A DNA stretch of 64,000 bases from Candidatus Omnitrophota bacterium (GTDB lineage: Bacteria; Omnitrophota; Gorgyraeia; 2-01-FULL-45-10): contig JAQUSB010000006.1 in assembly GCA_028715345.1 (NCBI GenBank), forward strand, positions 4,096-68,095, in the 5' to 3' direction. Positions 46,901 through 55,900 of the stretch are shown piece by piece. The position numbers and the translations under genes are program-made. Every line of letters starts with the position of its first letter. The first letter of the stretch is position 1. The notes under the pieces were generated by a model. The model was not told where the DNA came from and did no database searches. It worked only from the letters and a program-made list of their open reading frames with translations.

Positions 46901-49900
46901 ATACAAAATTTCATCGGGGATCCTATCCAGCGACGTTATCCCGAATTGTTCCCGCATCATAACCAGGAATTTTTCTTCCGGCAGTTCAGCTTGCTCCATC
47001 AATGCGCGAAGCTTCGCTATCTGCTCTCCGGATATGGGTGTGCGGAAAAGCTGGGGGCTTGCCGGCATAAGCGGCGTTTTCGGGAAAATTTTATTGTGCA
47101 GTATAACTATGATGTTCGCAAGGACATGATAGATCAAATATTCTTTATAAAGGAATGAAGCAGGCGCCGCGGCATATACATACGTCAACCACAGACTGAT
47201 CAGCGCGACGACCGAAGGCATTATGAAAACAGCCATAGCTGTACCGGCGGCAGAAGGCGCCTTACCGTTATGGTATTTATATATTTCTACATACCTCTTC
47301 GTATTAACATCGTGCAATAGGATCAAGATGGCCGAAGCCGCTATAAGGCCTATCCATCCTCCGGCAAGGCCTCCGATCCCCTTACCCATCTCATACCAGC
47401 ATACCCTGACCCATGCTTCTAAAGGCGGTAATAATGCCAAAGAATAAAACCACCCTATCCCGGAAGGAGGCCTTGACGCAAATCCGCTCTCGCTTTCAGC
47501 ATTCCTTTTAACGGGAACAGCGGCATGTTTGATCTTTTTTACCCGCGCCTTCAAAACATCCGCGATCTTGCGCGAGCCGACCGCGCCCAGCACGCCCTCC
47601 TGCTCCCATTCGCTTTTATTCAAATAAAGAGGCGTATATCCGTTTCCGATCAATAGATAATTCATTAAAAACCATGCCAGGCGATGGTGGCCGCTTGCGG
47701 GATGCGTATTGCCGCCCGAAAGATCCGGTATCGTATCGAATCCCCGTAATAGCACATCCTCTCCGGAAAAATCTGCTCTCCGCCCGCCGCCTATAAATAT
47801 CTCCCGCTGAATGATGTGCGCATAGATATCGCCGGCGTAAGCAATAACATTCTCGCCATTGGCGTATTTATGGTTTACCAGTTCTAGAATATAGCCCAGG
47901 CTTTCTTCGGCTGAACTTATCCTTTGCTGTTTTATTTCATCAGTATATTCCGGATTTTGCCTGTCGCCGCGGTATAATTCGAAGAGAGTGATGATCTTAG
48001 GCCATGTAAGCGGCTCGCCAGATACTGAATTAAAATACTCTGCCGCCTCTATAAAATGGCTATCGCATCCGAGTTTCCGCAAAATATCTATGTCAAGTTT
48101 ACCTATTTGCCGGTCATCCGCCGTTACTGCAAGCGACTGATTTCCCGGGATACGATAATGGCAGATATATGTAGGAGGCAGCTTTCCGGCCGGACGGCAA
48201 TCTACGATATTAACTTCCGGTTCGCTTACCGGCTCCATCTCAGGGAATGAGACCTCCGGATAAAGGTTATCTATACGCAAATTGTACATCTTCCGGCCAC
48301 TGCCTTGGGCTTCATAATGCCTGTATTGGGGTTTTTCCGAAGCGGCATTCAGCCAGTCGCAAAGCTCGCCCGGATCCATAACCCTGCCGGATCCGTCACA
48401 GACGTCAAAACACTCTACGCCTTCGATAAAAGCGATGCCGCCTTTCTTTAGAACCCGTTTGCACTCACGCAGGATCATATTCTTTTGCCGCATATATCGC
48501 AAAGACTCGAACGTAATTATCAGCACATCGAACGAGCCGTCCGGGAAAGGCAGCCCCCGGTCGACATCATGCTCCCTGATATTTTTAAAGAAATAATCGG
48601 TAAATTCCTGATAGTCGGGGCCGAGAAGCCTGTAATGCCTCTCATGCAGCCTTATATTATTTTTATTTATAAAATCGAGCGATAATTCCGGAAATTGCTT
48701 CCTCATATCATAGATATAATGGCCTGCTCCGGCGCCTATGACCAGTCCCCTGGGAGAATGCCCTGCGCTGCGCGCCTCCTGCATTACACCGCGTATAGCC
48801 GGCGCGGCCTCACCGCCGAACATCTCTTCTGTTTTACTGAACCGCCTGCTAACCCAGATAAGCGCAAGGAACTCGTTTTGCTCGGTATTTACTTCAGCTT
48901 CTTTATCATTTTGCAGGACCTCATTTCCCGTATCTGTTCGCCCCTGTCCGGAGATCTCGTCCATGCGCAGGAATGCCTTCGCGCCGAATCTTTGCGCGGT
49001 GCGGGCCATCTCGCGGCCGATCTCGAACCCGGGAGCGCCTATAAGAGCACCTGCCGCCGCATCATAGACGGCTGCCGGGACCCATTGCGCGCCTCGCCTG
49101 CCCGACCACCACGCCGGCCTGCTCTTGCCGCCGCCGGCCTTCCGCCTCTGGCCTGTCTTACCTTTTTTAACCGTGACGGGTTCAGATGGGCCAATATTTT
49201 CATTTTCATCACCGTATTCGTCGTCTTCGTCATCTCCATCCATTTCGTCATCATCGGGCTTCCCTGCAACGGCTTTCCTTAAAAAGTCAGTATCCGATAT
49301 CTGCAGGTCTCCGGCGGAGATGGTCCCGCTTATAATAAGTTTTTTCAGCTTATATTGGGCGGTGGTAAGCAGCATCTTACGGTCATTGGACCTTCTAAGG
49401 TTGAGTCTTTCGACTACGTCTTTTAAGGCCGGCTTCCTTATATAGCCGCTCTCCATATATAATTCAAACGCTGTAGAAATAATCTCCTCAACAGGGAAAA
49501 GAGGTTCCGGATCCATAATAACAGCTTCTTTTCTCCCCATATCTCGCTGCATTTGAACGACATCTAATTCATCTTCAGGATCCATTATTTTCATGAATTT
49601 TTTCGCAGCGGCAGGCGATGGGGCGATAGACCGGCTGAGAGCTTTCAATACCATAAGCGGAAGCGTTTTCGCCAGCGCGTCATTTCCTTTCTCGGGATCC
49701 AGGATATAACTGCACACATATAATCCGCGCTCATCGCAAAAAATAAGCTTCGGCGCTTTCCCGCGTTCCCGTATCTTTTGCGCTTCGAATTCGTACAACA
49801 ATCCATCTTTAAGATATGCTTCCATACGTTCATATGAAGCATTTAAGATTCTCGATATTTCTCCGGAAGATATACCATTGTGCCGGGCGAGCTCCTCTAT

Positions 49901-52900
49901 AAGCCCCCTATTGTCGATCATATCTTTGACTTTCCCTATGGCAACCCTTATAGCCGTCCCTACCTTATCGTATGAGGAATAATCCTTATGCATTTTTTTA
50001 ATCGCGCCGCCCAGCACATAATAGCCTGCGCTGTTCATCTCGGCCATGCGTACCGTTTGAACACCATCCCTGGAACGCGTAAAAATACACTCGATCATTT
50101 CGGTCGCGGAATTTAAACGCATTTCTATTATGAGAGGAGAATAAGAGCTGCCGCCTGTTTCGATTTCGTGCTGAACGCCCCATACCTCGTATTTATATTT
50201 ACCCTTATCATCAGTGAAATCCCGGAATTTAATGCCGTTACGTTTTAAAGGATTGTTGGTATCGACATCCGCGAGGACGGCGCTCAAAATATGTCTGCCG
50301 GCTTCTAGTTCGACATTCACGATTGCCGGCGATGTCGCGCCGGCTTCGGCGGCCTGCGGTTTTGCGCCGGATTTTTTACTTAGCTCAATAATATGCGCCG
50401 GGGCGCTGCGATATTCCTCATCTTTTAAGGAATAATACCTCCACCCGAAAGATTCCTTACTGCCTTTTATATCAAATATATCGCCGCAAACAGCCTTGCG
50501 GAATTCCGCATCTATATCCGGCTCGGCAGGACCTGCCATATTATAATAGATCTTTCCGCCGTCTTTATTCAAAGAGCTTTTGATTATATTCACCAGCGAG
50601 ATCAGGCCGGCCCTTCCCGTTATCCCCGGCGCTTTATCCACCCAGCCCTCAGACTTATACGATCTCGGATTGATGATGTTAACGCAAACTATCCTGTCAA
50701 ATTGAGAACCTATATTCGCGGTTTTAACAGTATCGGATATGCTGCCGGCATGGATAGAAAGCGCTTCTTCCAGGTCGATGCCTGACCGGCCGAAAAATCT
50801 CCTATGGGTCGATACGACCCCTTTCCACTCTTCGATAATATAGCGATTCCCTATATCATATACGACTACCTGTCGCGCCCCTGTCGCAAGCATAAACAGC
50901 GGAATTAAATCCGGGCCTTCGGCTATATAAAGGACGCTCTTGCCTTTCACATCAAGCTCGTCGATTGCCGCGCTTAGGTCGTCCCAATCCATACCCCTTT
51001 TAAATATTGTCCCGTTTTCGAGAATTAAATGCTGATGCCCTCTATTAACCGCTATATCGATAAAGTCTGCCAGAGCGCTATACCCTGTTTCATGCACGGT
51101 ATTTTCGGCCGGCTCTTTTTCCTGTTCCGGTCCAGCCTGATCTAAACTATCTGCCGCCTTGCCCTTTTTCTTTATTGCCGCCTTCTCGATCCTAAATTTG
51201 ATACCGAGAGATTTCAGTTTCTGATTTATATCCGGGACGAGCATATTAATGGCCGAGTGGATAAGCATAGCCACAAGCACGGCTGATACGTTCGCGGCTA
51301 TGGCGGATACGCCTGTGGCATTTATGGCTATAATGGCGGGCAGGGTTACTATGACTGATATGAGGCTAGGGATCGCGGTCTTCTCGATAAATTGTGCAGG
51401 ACTTCTTGCGCTGAATAGGTGCAGTGCGATAAACGCCAATCTGAACAAAATGAAAACGCCGAATGAATTCGGATAGAGAGCCAGAGGCAGTCCCGTAAAT
51501 ATGCCTTCCTCTATTATCGGAGCGATCTCGTCATCGTATTCGTCATCGTCGATCTGCTTACCCAGCTTCCCGGCCAGCCATATTACAGGACGCTTTAATA
51601 TCCATAGAACGCCTTTGGCCGCCGCTGCATTATCAGACATCGTCTTTTCATTCAGATAATTAATGAATTTTTCGACCTTTGCAAGCGGCGGAATGCCTAT
51701 ATCCGGCTGTATTTCTATAATAGTGTGAGAGCTTACTGCGTGCCCACGTCCGAAGCTGCGGCTGATGCCGATATATCCGCATTTATTTTCTCCGTCATAT
51801 ATATCAAGCTGTCCTTCTGCCTTATCTTTTTCATGCTTAAGCATTAAACCGGCAGCCGCGGCCGCCTCTTCTATAAGTTTAATATTAAAAAGGTATTTAA
51901 AGCGTATATGATTGTGCATTACATATTCAACTGCAGGAATTTTTTCTACGCGCTCCGAAAATTTATCTACATGGTTGGATACAAAATAAGCGCTATGAGG
52001 CCTTTGGGACGCGATATGCAGAAGTTCAGCGATAACGGATTTTTCCTCATCGGAAATAGAATATTTTCTCAGCAGAGGGTGCCCGGGATGAAAATACAGC
52101 ATCATGCTATCGCATAATTCATGCCTTGGGTCACTCGCCCCTGAGCGGCTTATTCTCTCCAGACTTTTCTTTTCCCTGTATAAAAAGACAGTTTTAAACC
52201 AGGCGTCTAAATGCGGATACATCGCATGCGAAAAAACTTCCCCTACCTCGTGCGCGATCACCAGTTTATACGTTTCCCTCAAAAATTCTACCTGGTCCGC
52301 TTCGGAAAGTAACGGCCTGGACGGCGCAACCTCTGTGTCGATCATTGCCTGCACCGCGCTAGCTAAAAGATCGCGCGGTATATCCGGTATAGCGATCTCA
52401 CCCCTGTATATAACCCCATCGGGAAGTTGATCCTGAAAGGATATAGCGCCAATATCGCCTTCCATGGGGTCGATCCTGCGGTAAGTGATATCTTTTAGCA
52501 GGAAATCCGGCAAAGGCGCCACCGCATCCTGGATGTCCTTATCACTGAGTATCCGGATAAACCCTTCTCTGGGCCCTTCGACAGGAGCAGTCCTGCCATA
52601 TTTTTTATACTCCTCATTAATATCCCTTTTGATCTCTTCCGGATCCATTTTTTGCGCGCGCGCGGCTTCCCGTACTCCTTTAAAATAATTACGAAGCACG
52701 TACAGCGGAGTTCCGTACATTTCGGCCGAGGAAAGCAATCTGCGCCGCGCCTTTGCATCGGCCATTACCAGATCCGGATATTCTACATCCGCAACCGCGC
52801 CGGCTCTATTGGGATCCGCTATCCTGAGGATGTCATCTGCCCTGGCATAAACGTCGGGATCAAGGTATGGTATCATGACTATATCTTTTGCCACATTTGC

Positions 52901-55900
52901 CGCTTCACTCAAAATACGTGATCCGTATTTTTTATCGCCCACTATACCGGCGGTCCGATGCGTTTCCTCACATAATCGCAAATAGGCATTGAGTACATAT
53001 CTGGCTCCATCCTTTACATTCCGGGTAACGGGGTCGTCTTTGTATTCTTTAAATAGCTGATACGATCTGGACAATGTGACCGATGCGTTATAGTATTTAC
53101 CTGCCCTGACGAATGAGAGGGCTATTTTATTTTGGATATTCATCATCGGCTTTACCTGTGCTTTTAGATTTGTAGTAGCAGGCTTTAATTCATTCAATAA
53201 ACGGCAGGCGCGGCCAAGCATCTTATCCGCCTTATAAAGCATATCCAGCCGCGCTTTATCTTTCATATTCATTTCCCAAAAAATATTACCCAGATTATTA
53301 TGAGTAATTATGAAGTGATGGGCGTTTGACCTAATGGCTTCGAATGCTTCCTTGTTAGGCTTCGATCCTTCGTATATTTCACAGGCTGTGTCAAGAGCCG
53401 CTTCGGCGCCTTCAGGGTCTGTCTGGGCAAGCGTAACCGCGATATTCTGGTACCCGGCCATTACAAATGCCGCTTCCTTATTCATACCCACTGCCGCAGG
53501 GTCATCCTTATACAGGTCGAATATCCTGCGGGCTTTCTCAACCATCAATCGCGCCGTCTTTATATCTTTGCCTTTGATAATGGTAGCCAGATCGCAATAA
53601 CAGCCTTCGATATATTGAAGCTGCGGCTTGATCTCTTCCACCAGGGCATCCTCTTTTCTGATCTTTAAAAATAAGAATATTCGATACGCTCTGTCGAGAA
53701 GCTCTTTTGTTTCCGGATAATTCTCACCGCCCCTTGCCCTCATAAGATCATTTGCCAGGAGAGAAGACGCCTTGGCAATAAGCGGCCCTTTCGCCCTCGT
53801 GATATCGTTGTAAAGCCCTATCCTGAATTCCGCGAACAACCTGTACATCCTGTCGACAACGATCTTTTCTCTGTCAAGCTGTCCTTTTTTACTAAGGCGG
53901 ATTAATAAACTCCTAAGGGTGTCTATAACGTGACCGACCTCTTTTCTTACATCGGCAGTTTCCGGGTCGTCTTTATTCTTATCCAATATAGAACAGGCCT
54001 CTTCTATAGCGGCGTATGCCTCATCAAATTTACCCGGCGCAATAAGGGCTATCGCTTTTTTGTTTAATGCAACGATGGCTTTCCTCGGGGCAGAATGCCT
54101 GGGCGATGTTTTCTTTACCGGCTCGGTCAAGAGGTTCCCGCTTATTGATACACCTGCAACAACGGCAAGCCACGGTACGGCCTCTTTTAGAAATTCATTA
54201 AATCCAGGGATGAGGCCCAATGCTATCAATATTTTTATGATACTTACGCCCAGGATCGCAAACACCAGCACCGCTTTCGCTGTCATACCTATGCCTAAAG
54301 CCGCGCTCTCGGATTTGATAAAGTCGGTAAGGTTCCCCCGCTTCGTCTTGAGCCAATCGAAAAGTCTCGGGAATGCGATAACAGGAACAATGCCTACCAT
54401 AATGACGGGCGTAGGGCCTTTTTTGGGGGTTACCGGCAGACGAAATGTAAAGGTAGTGCCTCTTTCGGGTCCGTCATATACAGCGCTCGCCTTAACACTG
54501 CCTCTTTTTTGTATCATTTCTCTTATAATATTTAAACCGCTGCCTATGCGATCCGGGGCTTTATCTGATCCTACTATGGCGTCTTCGTTGAAAAGCCTGA
54601 CTTTTTCCGGTTCCATTCCGGGGCCGTTATCCGATATAGTCAACACGATCTCATTCCCGTCCATAACCGCATCTATGGTTACACGGCCGCCGTCTATTTC
54701 GGCTACTTTCTCGCGGGCATTGCGCAATACATTGAGCACCGCCCTGAATATCTCGCTCTTAACGCCAAATGCGGCAATATTGCCGGATGATATTTCACAC
54801 CTGATATTATGACGGCGAAGCTCCCAATGAACAGCCACATCCAGTATCTCATTGATATCGAATTCATAGGGTTGATCTGCAGTACCAAGTATCCACGCTA
54901 CTGTCTTTACGCTATATTCGAAGTCGCGCGGGTCTACAGGTTTTTCCTCACCGGGATATTGAGAATCATATTCGTTCAATAGCCTGCCGATGTTATCGTC
55001 CGACAGGAGAGGCAGAAGTCCCCGGCACGATCCCGTAAAATTACGTATATCAGATTCCATCTTCTCCCTGTTCTCTCCCGTCGCGTTGTACCAGCCTGCG
55101 TCTATACTTATAAGGCGCAGGCAGTCGCAATATGCTGTAATGGCACTGCAATATGCGAGGATTTCCCTATTTTGCGTCTTACTCATCTGGACAAATTCGG
55201 CCAATGTAAGAATGGTCCTCATGCAGGAGTCGAAATCGTGGCCGAATTCTTTTACTTTCTCAACCATAATGCCATAATCATCCCCGCGTTGACCGTGTGG
55301 CCTGCTTATGATGGCGGCGATAAAATCGATGCAAGCTCTCAGCTTCCTATCTAGCAAATCTTTCAGTCCCGGGAAAAGTGTCAGCACTATAAGCCCCAGC
55401 ATAAGCGGCCCGGAACGCATCCTCTTTTTGCTCAGTACATCCCACACAGAATCTATGTCGGAACGATTGGATGCTATGTCATCACGGAAGACCGAAGCGT
55501 CCTGAGAAGCAACCACTTTACACCTGTCGAAATCGAAGCGTTGACCCAGCTCCTTTACGCTGAATCCGCTGCGTGTAAGCTGGTCGGGATTGGCGGCATA
55601 AGACAGGTACACGCCGCCGGTTCTCATTACACGCTTCGTCTCTTCCAGCCATAACGGTATCGTGTGATTTATAAAACCGGCATTGGTTATCCCGCCCAGT
55701 GAATCGTCGATCACATAATTAGACATTTCCGCATCGAACCGTCCGCCGTCAAAACATGACATTCTATCGAAACTTGTATGCGCAAGAACTATTTTATCCT
55801 TTCCTCGTATATCCCGGCGCGCCTCCAGCATATTTTTTATTTCGAAAAGGTTGTTCCAGTTAATATCGGCTACGGTAATTTCTGCATCGGGGAAAACATG

